Positions 1 to 8,480 of a stretch of DNA of 49,878 bases are shown piece after piece. The translations under genes and the position numbers were made by a program. A model generated the notes under the pieces. It worked only from the letters and a program-made list of their open reading frames with translations, had not been told where the DNA came from and made no database searches. Numbering within the stretch: position 1 is the first letter of the stretch; the number at the start of each line of letters is the position of its first letter. Location: positions 1 to 49,878 of the forward strand of contig JBCCEI010000001.1 in the NCBI GenBank assembly GCA_039030355.1. Reading direction: 5' to 3'. The DNA comes from Pseudomonadota bacterium. Its GTDB lineage: Bacteria > Pseudomonadota > Gammaproteobacteria > UBA4575.

Positions 1-668
1 CCGGCTAAACGCTGTTGCCATTGAACTGATAATTCTTCTTGTTCCAGTGGTGTTAGTGCTGATGGTTTAGCTGCTAATTCTTGATCCAAATCAATTCCAT
101 TATCATCAAGGTTTGCATTTACATCGTTTTCATTTGAAGACTGTGTCTCTTGGCTATCATCGCGACTCGAATTTTGCTTTTCACCTGCACCTTGATCAGG
201 CTGATCCGGATCTTGCTCTTGATAATTTTCTTTATCAAGTTCTGAGTCTTCATTATCTAAATCATCAATATAATGGTAAATCTCTTCCGCTGTCATACCT
301 TCAAATCCATCATCAATTAATGTTTCTGGCGGTGCTTTCAGACCATCATTTATGAGTAGAGGGTTCACTGCGTAATCACAGGCTAAATCCCAGCGATGTT
401 TAATACGATGTTGGCGACGCGCAAAATGAGATAGCGCGCAATGCAAAGCCTGTTTTGCTAAGACAAATTGCGTTTGATGAATATCGAGCGTGTGAATGTA
501 GTCTTGGTTGTAATACAACTTTTTCGCATCAGTAAATGCGCCTTGACACCACTCAGGATTTGCTGCAACCAAAGGAAGGCGCAAAACAAGTGCGCCTAAA
601 AATGGTTTATCTAGAATCAGCCGCGTTCGCGCAGCAGCAAGTTTGTTTTGTAGTTCAGAAGCATCCAC
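1..668 (-). CDS. VWA/DUF2201-type putative metallopeptidase-domain protein, N-terminal part only (gene runs off the window start); partner of the upstream MoxR ATPase
   Basis: Not in the ORF track because it has no stop inside the window. Manual reverse translation from GTG at 668 gives VDASELQNKLAAARTRLILDKPFLGALVLRLPLVAANPEWCQGAFTDAKKLYYNQDYIHTLD...HRWDLACDYAVNPLLINDGL, then an acidic low-complexity linker. The frame stays open to base 1. It starts 9 nt after the stop of the AAA ATPase gene. Confidence 0.55.
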   Translation of the reverse strand, partial: MDASELQNKLAAARTRLILDKPFLGALVLRLPLVAANPEWCQGAFTDAKKLYYNQDYIHTLDIHQTQFVLAKQALHCALSHFARRQHRIKHRWDLACDYAVNPLLINDGLKAPPETLIDDGFEGMTAEEIYHYIDDLDNEDSELDKENYQEQDPDQPDQGAGEKQNSSRDDSQETQSSNENDVNANLDDNGIDLDQELAAKPSALTPLEQEELSVQWQQRLA

Positions 669-676
669 CTGAAAAA

Positions 677-1738
677 TTAAGCATGATCAAAAATCATAAT
701 GTCCGCAATTTTATCCGCCCACGTGGCAAATTCCGGTAAAGCAAATAAATCTTCGCCAATAGCGCGATGCATGTCTGAAACCATCATCACACCCATTTCG
801 CGTTGTGGAAACTTGTTTGCATAATTTAAGATATTGCCTTGCACCTTAGCAGGTTCTGTTTCTTGATTTTTCACTTTTTGGGCACGAATAGCGTGACCTA
901 CTAAAGCAGAAGCAACTGCATATTGCAGATCAATTTCTTTAGGTGCTGCGATGTCGTCTCCACGAACGATCGCTTCAAGATCTGGCATTTGTTCAAGATT
1001 TGCAATAAATGCGTTGAGCTCCACCCCTGCCGCAGGGCCAACACAAGCTTGCAATGCACCAGTTAATAAATCAGGACGATCGGTAAATTTTTTCAATGCG
1101 CGATGTGCAAATTCCCACGAACGTGGCGAAGGAAAAGCAACAGGATTGTGTGCAGGATCAAAATCAAATAATAAGTCAGGACGAAAACGTAAAAATGCAA
1201 TGATGCGCTCATCAATTTCATTTGCGTATGCCCATGCAACCCAATCATCTAAATTTAAATCGACTTCAAAATGAGAAAATCGATTCGCAAGAGGCGCAGG
1301 CATGGTGTAAGTCACACCTCTGTCACCTTGCCTATTACCTGCAGCAAAAATAGCCCATCCATTTGGCACTTCGTACTGGCCAAGTCGACGATCAAGAATA
1401 AGTTGATAAGCTGCTGCAGAAACACTTGGGGCAGCTGAAGTAATTTCATCTAAAAATAAAATTCCAGTTGTACCATGGCGTTCTACATTTGGCAGCATCG
1501 CTGGAATCGCCCAATCAACCGAACCATCATCTCGAAACGGAATGCCTCGTAAATCACTTGGCTCCATTTGTGATAAACGAATATCAATCACTTCAACATT
1601 ATTTTTTCCAGCAACTTGAGCAACCATTTGTGACTTGCCCACACCGGGTGGGCCCCACAACATCACTGGCGTGTGATGGCCAGAGGCAGCGCCGTTAAAT
1701 TCTTTTTCTAAAACAACTGAAAGATGTGCAGGTCGCAT
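677..1738 (-). CDS. MoxR-like AAA+ ATPase
   Basis: 353 aa. Walker A GPPGVGKS, Walker B ILFLDEIT and arginine-finger region PLANRF. Followed by a VWA/DUF2201-type gene, which is the usual MoxR pairing. Confidence 0.85.
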   Translation of the reverse strand: MRPAHLSVVLEKEFNGAASGHHTPVMLWGPPGVGKSQMVAQVAGKNNVEVIDIRLSQMEPSDLRGIPFRDDGSVDWAIPAMLPNVERHGTTGILFLDEITSAAPSVSAAAYQLILDRRLGQYEVPNGWAIFAAGNRQGDRGVTYTMPAPLANRFSHFEVDLNLDDWVAWAYANEIDERIIAFLRFRPDLLFDFDPAHNPVAFPSPRSWEFAHRALKKFTDRPDLLTGALQACVGPAAGVELNAFIANLEQMPDLEAIVRGDDIAAPKEIDLQYAVASALVGHAIRAQKVKNQETEPAKVQGNILNYANKFPQREMGVMMVSDMHRAIGEDLFALPEFATWADKIADIMIFDHA

Positions 1739-1740
1739 TT

Positions 1741-2184
1741 CTATAATTCTTCAGGATTAAAACCAGCTTTTGAATACCATTGTTTTGCCTTAGCAGCATC
1801 TTTTTCAATGCCTGCTGTTCCTTGCTCATACATCATACCTAAAGTTGTTTGCGAACCCTGCAAGCCTTGTTCTGCTGCAGCCGTAAACCACTTCACTGCA
1901 AGTTCACCATTTTGTTCAACACAGTCTCCTTCCATATACATAAACCCCAAACCATGTTGTGCAAGTTCATGCCCCGCTTCAGCAGCTTTTTCCATCCATT
2001 TATATGCCGCCTCTTTATTCACTGCAACACCTAAACCATTTTGATACATGATGGCACAACGATGCATGGCATCCGTGTTACCTTTCTCTGCAATCGGTGA
2101 GAGTATTTGCATGGCGCGTGAAAAGTGTTTGGCCTCAAATGCCATCATGCCACTGTTAAAATCCATTTCGTCTTGTGCGGACAT
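1741..2184 (-). CDS. Sel1-repeat (TPR-like) protein
   Basis: 147 aa. Three to four tandem Sel1-type repeats (AxxWfxKAAEqGhxxAQxxLGxMY pattern, e.g. AYKWMEKAAEAGHELAQHGLGFMY, AVKWFTAAAEQGLQGSQTTLGMMY). Its stop lies 2 nt before the MoxR start. Confidence 0.8.
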   Translation of the reverse strand: MSAQDEMDFNSGMMAFEAKHFSRAMQILSPIAEKGNTDAMHRCAIMYQNGLGVAVNKEAAYKWMEKAAEAGHELAQHGLGFMYMEGDCVEQNGELAVKWFTAAAEQGLQGSQTTLGMMYEQGTAGIEKDAAKAKQWYSKAGFNPEEL

Positions 2185-2382
2185 TGTTACTCCAGTCGTA
2201 GCTCAACTTAAATCATCATTGACGTTTCATGATACGCGAAACGCTGAAATAGTAGGAATAACCCAATATTCCTCAAGGCCTTAAGGATCAATAATTACTT
2301 TGTACCCAGGTAGGGATATATAGGCATAAATACCACCTTTTGTATCCTGCCAGCCCATTCTTAAAGTGGCATTATTCAATCC

Positions 2383-3519
2383 ATGTCTGCTGCAGCCAAA
2401 GAAATCAATCCCGATGCCAAGTTAGCAATGCGCTCTTATATACAGCGTGTTGCAACCGGCCCGGAATATAGTAAAGACATTTCATTTGAAGAAGCACGTG
2501 ATGCCATGCGCCAAATTTTGAATGGCTCTGCAGATCCTGTGCAAGCCGGCATCTTTTTAATTGCCTTGCGAATGAAGCGTGAAACGCTAGATGAAAACGG
2601 TGGTTCACTACAAGCCATTATCGATGCTGCCAATATTGTTACCGCAGATGTAGATCATGTGATCGATGTTGCTGACCCTTACGATGGTTACACGCGTGGT
2701 TTACCGGTTTCACCATTTATACCAGCTGTGCTCGCAGCGTGTGGCATGCCTGCTGTTTCACATGGTGCTGAAGCCGTTGGCCCTAAATATGGAGCAACAC
2801 ATAGAAAAGTATTACGTGCCGCAGGGATCAATGTTGATTTAGATATGCAACAAGCTGTAACACAAATTAATAATAAAGAAGTGGCTTGGGCATATATAGA
2901 CCAAAAAGCCATTTGCCCATCTCTACATAATTTAATTCCACTACGCACACAAATTGTAAAACGCCCAGTGATCACTACAGTAGAAGTGTTAATTGGTCCT
3001 GTGCGTGGCAAAAAAACGACTACATTAATGACTGGATATGTTCATAAGCCTTATCCACCTGTTTACGAACATCTAGCCAAAATTTCGGGTTTTAATTCAG
3101 CCGTTTTGATACGTGGTGTTGAAGGCGGCGTTATTCCATCTTTAAAACAAGAATCAAAATATTTTCAATACTTAGATGGTGGCGATCTTCAAGAAATAGA
3201 AATTCATCCAGATCATGTAAACATTCAACAAGATGTTCGCGCAGTTCCACTACCAGAACTGGATTCTGCGAAAAGTGCTGGAGATGAAACAGCGGCTAAA
3301 ATTGACACTGACCAACTAGCAGCAGAAGCAGCGAAAGTGGGTATAGCTGCACTAGAAGGCAAACAAGGGCCAGCACGCGATAGCTTGATTTACTCAACAG
3401 CCATTATGCTCACACACATGGGCATGGAAAATAATTTACATGCTTCTTCTGAACTAGTGAAAGATGCAATCGATTCAGGCAAAGCATTAACACATTTTCA
3501 AAAAAACCAATTACATTAA
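2383..3519 (+). CDS. Glycosyltransferase family 3 / anthranilate phosphoribosyltransferase (TrpD)-like paralog with divergent active-site motifs
   Basis: 378 aa. The N-terminal helical domain (ARDAMRQILNGSADPVQAGIFLIALRMKRET) and core align by eye with TrpD, but the GTGGDG motif reads ADPYDG and KHGNR reads SHGAE. Confidence 0.65.
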   Translation: MSAAAKEINPDAKLAMRSYIQRVATGPEYSKDISFEEARDAMRQILNGSADPVQAGIFLIALRMKRETLDENGGSLQAIIDAANIVTADVDHVIDVADPYDGYTRGLPVSPFIPAVLAACGMPAVSHGAEAVGPKYGATHRKVLRAAGINVDLDMQQAVTQINNKEVAWAYIDQKAICPSLHNLIPLRTQIVKRPVITTVEVLIGPVRGKKTTTLMTGYVHKPYPPVYEHLAKISGFNSAVLIRGVEGGVIPSLKQESKYFQYLDGGDLQEIEIHPDHVNIQQDVRAVPLPELDSAKSAGDETAAKIDTDQLAAEAAKVGIAALEGKQGPARDSLIYSTAIMLTHMGMENNLHASSELVKDAIDSGKALTHFQKNQLH

Positions 3520-3547
3520 ATAGTATTTTTTTATATAAGGAGAAACC

Positions 3548-3742
3548 ATGGACCAAGCATACAGAGATGCAATTACAAAGATGGAAACCGCAAACGTAGA
3601 CCCAGAATATGTACTAGGCTGGCAAGGCGGCTACTTAGGCCACCCTGAGCGCGAAGAACAACGCGTAACCGATGCCTACACAGCGGGCTTCGAAGATGGC
3701 CAAGCTAAAAATGACAGCAACTTTGATAGTTGGAAAAAGTAA
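3548..3742 (+). CDS. Small acidic hypothetical protein (64 aa)
   Basis: Strong RBS (AAGGAGA) 6-7 nt upstream of the ATG, directly downstream of the TrpD-like gene. No recognisable motif. Confidence 0.5.
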   Translation: MDQAYRDAITKMETANVDPEYVLGWQGGYLGHPEREEQRVTDAYTAGFEDGQAKNDSNFDSWKK

Positions 3743-4126
3743 CTAGCCCAAAACTTTGACCGCTAAAAACGCAAAAAAGAATCCAACTGCATAAATTAAT
3801 ATAGAAAGTATAAACACCCATTTGTTTATGCTTCGCATCCGCATGCATGACACCGCCAAGTCCGGATCAACCGGACAAGGCGCATTTCTCATCTTCCATT
3901 GAATAAAGCCTGTTAACAGTAGCAATAATCCTGCAACGACAAAGACCTGTGCTTTATACGTTGATAACCATATTAGCTGTGGCACGGTAGATACCAGACC
4001 CGCTAGTGCAGCGCCTGCGCCAATGGTGACAAGTAATGCAGGCAAAGCACAACAAATTAAAGTTCCTGCACTCGTAAATAAACTTAAAAAAGGCAGTAAA
4101 TAACTTTCGCTTGATACTGTCTTCAT
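3743..4126 (-). CDS. MerT-like heavy-metal transport membrane protein
   Basis: 127 aa with three predicted TM helices. CC pair in TM1 (GTLICCALPALLV, compare MerT CCLGPLVL) and a second Cys pair in the loop before TM3 (PCPVDPDLAVSC). ATGA overlap with the upstream HMA-domain gene. Confidence 0.55.
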   Translation of the reverse strand: MKTVSSESYLLPFLSLFTSAGTLICCALPALLVTIGAGAALAGLVSTVPQLIWLSTYKAQVFVVAGLLLLLTGFIQWKMRNAPCPVDPDLAVSCMRMRSINKWVFILSILIYAVGFFFAFLAVKVLG

Positions 4127-4467
4127 TGTTCAGCCACTGATCTAGATCTATTTATTTCTTTTATGTCATAACCAGAATCGGTCACAAGTTTTGTGATTTC
4201 TTCATCAGCCAATTGTTTACCTTCTTTTAATGCGATCAGAATATGATGTTTATCTAGACTTACATCAATTCCAGAAACCTCATCTTTTCGCATGAACACT
4301 TTTTCAATTGCATTTGCACAAAAATCACAAACTAATCCAAATGCTTTCACTGTGACGACTTCACCATTTGGGTCTACCTCACCTACTTTGACGCTAGGCA
4401 AATCACTTGCTATAACATTAAAATTACTTAAAAAAATAATTAAAAAGGTAACTATTAATTTCTTCAT
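4123..4467 (-). CDS. Periplasmic heavy-metal-associated (HMA, MerP/CopZ-like) metal-binding protein
   Basis: 114 aa. Signal peptide, then an HMA fold with CxxC metal site (GLVCDFCANAIEKVF). Confidence 0.7.
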   Translation of the reverse strand: MKKLIVTFLIIFLSNFNVIASDLPSVKVGEVDPNGEVVTVKAFGLVCDFCANAIEKVFMRKDEVSGIDVSLDKHHILIALKEGKQLADEEITKLVTDSGYDIKEINRSRSVAEQ

Positions 4468-4481
4468 TCCTTTCTCCTTTT

Positions 4482-5123
4482 TTAAAATCGATGCACAAAA
4501 TTAAACAGCACATCTCCTTGATCACTTACGCCGGCCTCAAAAAGATCAGCGCCTTTAAATAAACGTACTAATGGGGTTGCTACAAACTGGTCTTTTGATT
4601 CAGGTGCATGACGGACTTCCATCATCAACCACGTATGCCAATTTCCATACTCCGTAACATAGGGTGCAAAACCAAACCGTGCTTTTTGGCGGAAACTATC
4701 TGCTATGTTGCCTGCATCCGTGTACCGGTTTGCATAAGAAAAAAAGACTTTTCTAGTTTCCCAATCTGCGGCTATGCCGCCATATGCAGCAAGTTCGGCG
4801 CGGTTGTCGAAATCACCTTCATCTGAATGTGCAAATCCAATTCCAGACATAAGGTAAAAATTTCCTTGAGACGCTTCTGCATTCCAACGCTTGATTAAGT
4901 TATTTATATGGAGCGCATGGATTTGATAATCACGGTCGCGCCAATACTCAACGTGATAACCAATGGAGTAGAACGCAGTTGGAGAATAATGAATAAAACC
5001 GGAATACCGATCTGCATCATTAAATGTAGACACGGTCCATCCACCTGGATAAGACACAGGTCTTGCATGTGCTTGTATCGTTGCTGAAATAATCAACAAC
5101 AGTATTATTCGAAATAACATCAA
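4482..5123 (-). CDS. Exported hypothetical protein, possibly a small outer-membrane beta-barrel
   Basis: 213 aa. Cleavable signal peptide (..SATIQAHA/RP), an aromatic-rich alternating pattern, and a C-terminal F (NFVHRF). Confidence 0.5.
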   Translation of the reverse strand: MMLFRIILLLIISATIQAHARPVSYPGGWTVSTFNDADRYSGFIHYSPTAFYSIGYHVEYWRDRDYQIHALHINNLIKRWNAEASQGNFYLMSGIGFAHSDEGDFDNRAELAAYGGIAADWETRKVFFSYANRYTDAGNIADSFRQKARFGFAPYVTEYGNWHTWLMMEVRHAPESKDQFVATPLVRLFKGADLFEAGVSDQGDVLFNFVHRF

Positions 5124-5184
5124 CGTAACTCCTTACGTTTTAAAAAACAAACGCGTGTAAGCCGATAACGGCTTAAATTAGGAG

Positions 5185-5568
5185 TTAGCTATTTGGTGGT
5201 GGAGTGGGAATTTTTTCGTGGATTGAAGGAAGCGCAAACAACACACTTTGCGTATAGCTTTTAGTGGATGTTTGGCCAAATTTATCTGGTTGCGAATTGA
5301 ATGTTGCGGTGACACTAATACAAGAATCACATTCTAAACCGCAACACGAATCATCTGTTTCTTGTTCTGGAGCGACCTCATCTCCCATTGAATGGCACGG
5401 GGCCTGCTCATCAGACATGTTCATAGGCGCTTCTTGCTGCATATTTTGCATATCCATATGCGCACAATAATTCATACTGGCCTGTAATGAGCCAATAGAA
5501 AACATTGTAATTAACAGATATGTAAAAAGTGTTTTCACGATGTATGCTTCAGTGATGCTTGGTATCAA
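5185..5568 (-). CDS. Exported Cys/Met/His-rich putative metal-binding protein
   Basis: 127 aa. Hydrophobic N-terminus, then CAHMDMQNMQQEAPMNM, CHSMGDE and CCGLECDSC. First gene of the minus-strand metal module. The exact start is uncertain. Confidence 0.45.
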   Translation of the reverse strand: MIPSITEAYIVKTLFTYLLITMFSIGSLQASMNYCAHMDMQNMQQEAPMNMSDEQAPCHSMGDEVAPEQETDDSCCGLECDSCISVTATFNSQPDKFGQTSTKSYTQSVLFALPSIHEKIPTPPPNS

Positions 5569-5793
5569 TCTACTCTTATGACTGAACTGTGTCTAGATAG
5601 TTCATCTTTGATTTTTGACATCGTATCGTGATCGATTTCCACATTCATATAGTTAGTTGCTTTCACAATCTAGTTTGCAAACACCTATAAGTTATTGTTA
5701 GCAAGGCATATTCCTAAAGTTACTAGTAAATTTGCCGATATTTACACATGGCCATTATCCAGTAGAACATGCTTAGCTTTGAGCAGTACGACC

Positions 5794-6516
5794 ATGAAGA
5801 ATAAAAAAACGTATTATCAAATCCTACACGTCCAACCCGATGCGCCTTTGGAGGTGATTCGTTCAAGCTACCGAACAATGATGCAAAAACTTAAAATGCA
5901 TCCCGATCTAGGTGGATGTCATGAAAATGCCGCGGAAGTGAATGAAGCATATAATGTGCTTACAAACCTAAGTAAACGAACCGCTTACGACGCTAGCTTG
6001 TTAGCAAGTGAAAATACAATTGAACCAGGACATACTCAAGAAAACAAAAAGGCTAAACCTAAGCAATCAACACAAAAATTCTATAAAAAAAATAATGAGG
6101 AAATTTGCACCTTTTGCAATCAACCTCATTTTATGGGAATCAATATTGAACCAAATGACGTCTGCCCTAAATGTGAAAGCCCACTTTTCGCAGCAACCAA
6201 ACAAACCGTAGAAATATGCGGTAAACGCACTATTCAAAGAATTAATAAAGAATGGCCACTTAGGTTTTACACATCATGGCCACACGAAGAATCATTTTCT
6301 GGGAAAACGAGAAATGTTTCATTAAATGGGATGCAACTCGTTACAACAGCAGAACTTGAAATGAACCAGGTAATAAAAATTGATAGCAATGAATTATATG
6401 CTGTTGCAAGAGTCGTGAATCATCAGCAATTCGATCAAGAATGGCGTTATGGTTTGGAATTTTTAACATTACGCTTTCATCAAGCACATGGAACATTTGT
6501 GTCGCTTGAGATTTAA
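5794..6516 (+). CDS. J-domain (DnaJ-like) protein with zinc-ribbon and C-terminal PilZ domain
   Basis: J domain with HPD (KTYYQILHVQPDAPLEVIRSSYRTMMQKLKMHPDLGG), CxxC..CxxC (CTFCNQ...CPKCES), and PilZ motifs RTIQR and NVSLNG. The start was moved to the ATG at 5794 (MKNKKTYYQ) from the ORF-track 5695. Confidence 0.7.
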   Translation: MKNKKTYYQILHVQPDAPLEVIRSSYRTMMQKLKMHPDLGGCHENAAEVNEAYNVLTNLSKRTAYDASLLASENTIEPGHTQENKKAKPKQSTQKFYKKNNEEICTFCNQPHFMGINIEPNDVCPKCESPLFAATKQTVEICGKRTIQRINKEWPLRFYTSWPHEESFSGKTRNVSLNGMQLVTTAELEMNQVIKIDSNELYAVARVVNHQQFDQEWRYGLEFLTLRFHQAHGTFVSLEI

Positions 6517-6594
6517 TAAATCCGCTTCGACCGCCATGGATGGTGGAAGTACAGAAATTGCAGGAGCAAACTTCTGTCGGCCAATTAGTGAGCC

Positions 6595-6615
6595 CATGGA
6601 TGGGCGAATATGAGT
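6595..6615. repeat. Left copy of a 21-bp inverted repeat (catggatgggcgaatatgagt) bracketing the AT-rich islet
   Basis: The reverse complement of 9038-9058 is catggatgtgcgaatatgagt, a 20/21 match. It is preceded at 6574-6594 by a degenerate hairpin-arm-like sequence (ctgtcggccaattagtgagcc). Confidence 0.7.
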
Positions 6616-6658
6616 AACAACAGGGAAGTTGTTTCAGATTAAAGTTAGATGATTTCAT

Positions 6659-6689
6659 AATGTCCGCTTTCGGCCAGAAGCAGACATTT
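6659..6689. repeat. Single hairpin unit of the islet repeat family
   Basis: ATGTCCGC (6660-6667), 12-nt loop TTTCGGCCAGAA, GCAGACAT (6680-6687). It lies 12 nt downstream of the stop of ORF 6701..7306. Confidence 0.75.
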
Positions 6690-6700
6690 AAATTATTGCT

Positions 6701-7306
6701 CTATTTTGTGATTTTGATTGTATTAACGACTTCACTAATCTCCTCTCTCGTTCCGGTTCTTTCGTCTTGTCGAGTCCCAGCACCTATCATGTAATAGTGA
6801 TGCTCTCTTGGAACAATCCATAACTCTGATGTAATTGGAAATGATTTTCCATCTGCTGATGCAATCGTATAGTTAAATCGAGTATACGCAGCATTGATAC
6901 TGGATATTTCAGTATCAGATGGCTCTTGTACCATCTCAAAATCACTAAACACATTACTAAACTGAGGTATCAGGATATTGAGAATTTCTTTTGGGCCAAT
7001 ATCCTGAAATTCGGCCATAGGCCTAGTATTCACCTTTATACTTGGATTAATGTCACCAAATGTTGGATCGTGTTTTACCATTACGACTAATGGAGTACTC
7101 GAGTATTTAAGAACTAGGTTTTTAAAATTTTCGTCATCTAACTCAATTTTTTCGAAATTTTTTAAATTCTCTTCAGCGGTCATATAATGCCAAGAACTTG
7201 GCTTTGTAATTTCAAAGCCCACAGCATTATTCTGAAAGTTATCTGACGACTCTGAAAATGAATTAGTTGAGAACGTAAGAATGATGAGCAGTAAAAGAAT
7301 TTTCAT
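6701..7306 (-). CDS. Exported hypothetical protein (201 aa)
   Basis: Clear signal peptide (MKILLLLIILTFSTNSFS). No motif recognised. AT-rich. Flanked by repeat units on both sides. Confidence 0.6.
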   Translation of the reverse strand: MKILLLLIILTFSTNSFSESSDNFQNNAVGFEITKPSSWHYMTAEENLKNFEKIELDDENFKNLVLKYSSTPLVVMVKHDPTFGDINPSIKVNTRPMAEFQDIGPKEILNILIPQFSNVFSDFEMVQEPSDTEISSINAAYTRFNYTIASADGKSFPITSELWIVPREHHYYMIGAGTRQDERTGTREEISEVVNTIKITK

Positions 7307-7343
7307 TGGATTTCCTAAAATTTGTTGATTAACTTATTGACAG

Positions 7344-7450
7344 AAAATGTCCGCTTTGGGTCGTTACCGGACATTTTAAGTTTGTAGTTCATTGATTCCA
7401 ACCTGATTCGCTCCAAATTACGTCTGCTTACGGCCAATAGCGGTCATTTT
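7344..7450. repeat. Full (two-arm) copy of the ~110-135-bp islet repeat
   Basis: Left arm AAAATGTCCGC-TTTGGGTCGTTA-CCGGACATTTTA (7344-7378). Conserved central CCAACCTGA box. Right arm ACGTCTGC-TTACGGCCAATA-GCGGTCATTTT (7420-7450), which abuts the stop codon of ORF 7450..7836. Confidence 0.8.
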
Positions 7451-7836
7451 CAATTTGCATATTTATTTGATAATGCTGAAAAAGCTACAGAAGATAAAAA
7501 TCCAAAAACTATCGAACTTAAATAAATTGGTATCAAATTAGGCCAAATAACATCGCCGTATATGGTACTTGTTAAATCAAGTAACAAGGTAAAACTTAAT
7601 CCAACTATTGGGACAATAAAACCATACATAGATACACTTAGCTTTTGTTTCCAGCCAAAAATTGCTCCTCCAACTATTGAACCTGCTTCAGCAGGATCTG
7701 GAATAAAGTAGCAATAGATTGGTGAACTATGTAGCCACCCACACAAGTTTATGTAAATCTTCCACCCAATTACATAAATTATGAGAAATACAAAAATAGC
7801 AATTAACAACTTTACAATTGGCAATTTTTGAATCAT
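7450..7836 (-). CDS. Small integral membrane protein (128 aa, about 4 TM)
   Basis: Four hydrophobic segments. No motif recognised. Bounded by repeat units. Confidence 0.55.
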   Translation of the reverse strand: MIQKLPIVKLLIAIFVFLIIYVIGWKIYINLCGWLHSSPIYCYFIPDPAEAGSIVGGAIFGWKQKLSVSMYGFIVPIVGLSFTLLLDLTSTIYGDVIWPNLIPIYLSSIVFGFLSSVAFSALSNKYAN

Positions 7837-7851
7837 TGATTTTTCTACTCA

Positions 7852-7882
7852 ATATGTCCGCTTTGGGTCGTTAGCCGTCAAT
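7852..7882. repeat. Single, partly degenerate hairpin unit of the islet repeat family
   Basis: ATGTCCGC (7854-7861), loop TTTGGGTCGTTA, GCCGTCAA. It sits between the stop of ORF 7892..8311 and the start of ORF 7450..7836. Confidence 0.7.
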
Positions 7883-7891
7883 TATCTAGGA

Positions 7892-8311
7892 TCACCAAGG
7901 ACCTCTTAAATTTATATCTACGCCCTCGCCAGCAGGAGTCATTTTTATTGTATATGCGACTTTTTGCCCATCTACCCTTTCAACAATCCAAGTTTCAGTA
8001 ATAGAAGTAGTATCTTTCTTCAATAAACGTGTTTCAATAATTTTTCCACTTGCTTTTCCTTCTCCCAACTCGGCTTTTGTTATTAAATCTTCAATATCTT
8101 TTCTTAGCGTAGGATCTGCTACTGTGGGGGTAACTCTTCCAAGTGGGTATTTTTCCATTATTACACCACCATTCACATCTTTTGATGTCCACCGATAAGG
8201 CGAACCATCTTGCTCTAACTTGTCATTTAGATCATTGACAGCATTGTGAACTGATGTATTCGCACATCCATATAGTGTAAAAACGAAAAATAGAGATAAT
8301 AAAAATTTCAT
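7892..8311 (-). CDS. Lipoprotein, function unknown
   Basis: Lipobox FTLYGC after a signal peptide (MKFLLSLFFVFTLYGCAN). The start was moved to the ATG at 8311; the ORF-track start at 8341 is a TTG. Confidence 0.6.
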   Translation of the reverse strand: MKFLLSLFFVFTLYGCANTSVHNAVNDLNDKLEQDGSPYRWTSKDVNGGVIMEKYPLGRVTPTVADPTLRKDIEDLITKAELGEGKASGKIIETRLLKKDTTSITETWIVERVDGQKVAYTIKMTPAGEGVDINLRGPW

Positions 8312-8359
8312 ATATGCCCCACGAGAAAAATAAATTAACAAACTTACTTGACGATAACT

Positions 8360-8477
8360 AAAATGTCCGCTTTGGGTCGTTAGCAGACATTTTAGAAGTG
8401 TTGTTCAGAGTTTCCAACCAGACTTCCCCTTATTTAACCTTCATTATGACCTCTTTCGGCCAATAGCGGACATTTTA
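8360..8477. repeat. Full (two-arm) copy of the islet repeat
   Basis: Left arm AAAATGTCCGC-TTTGGGTCGTTA-GCAGACATTTTA (8360-8394). Central TTTCCAACCAGACT. Right arm ATGACCTC-TTTCGGCCAATA-GCGGACATTTTA (8446-8477). The outermost 12 nt of the two arms are perfect inverted repeats of each other. Confidence 0.8.
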
Positions 8478-8480
8478 CTA

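Noticed and set aside
113-739. Plus-strand ORFs 113..355 and 536..739 from the ORF track.
   Set aside because: They lie antisense to a continuous minus-strand frame (1..668) that has convincing DUF2201/VWA-partner sequence and operon context. Their own translations are low-complexity.
6341-6658. Minus-strand ORF 6341..6658 (105 aa) starting inside the first hairpin repeat.
   Set aside because: It overlaps the 3-prime end of the well-supported J-domain-PilZ gene in antisense and has a Cys/Ser-rich nonsense-like composition. The other listed antisense ORFs inside dsr, nrd and ABC genes (for example 43516..43959, 43923..44276, 22976..23449) were rejected for the same reason.
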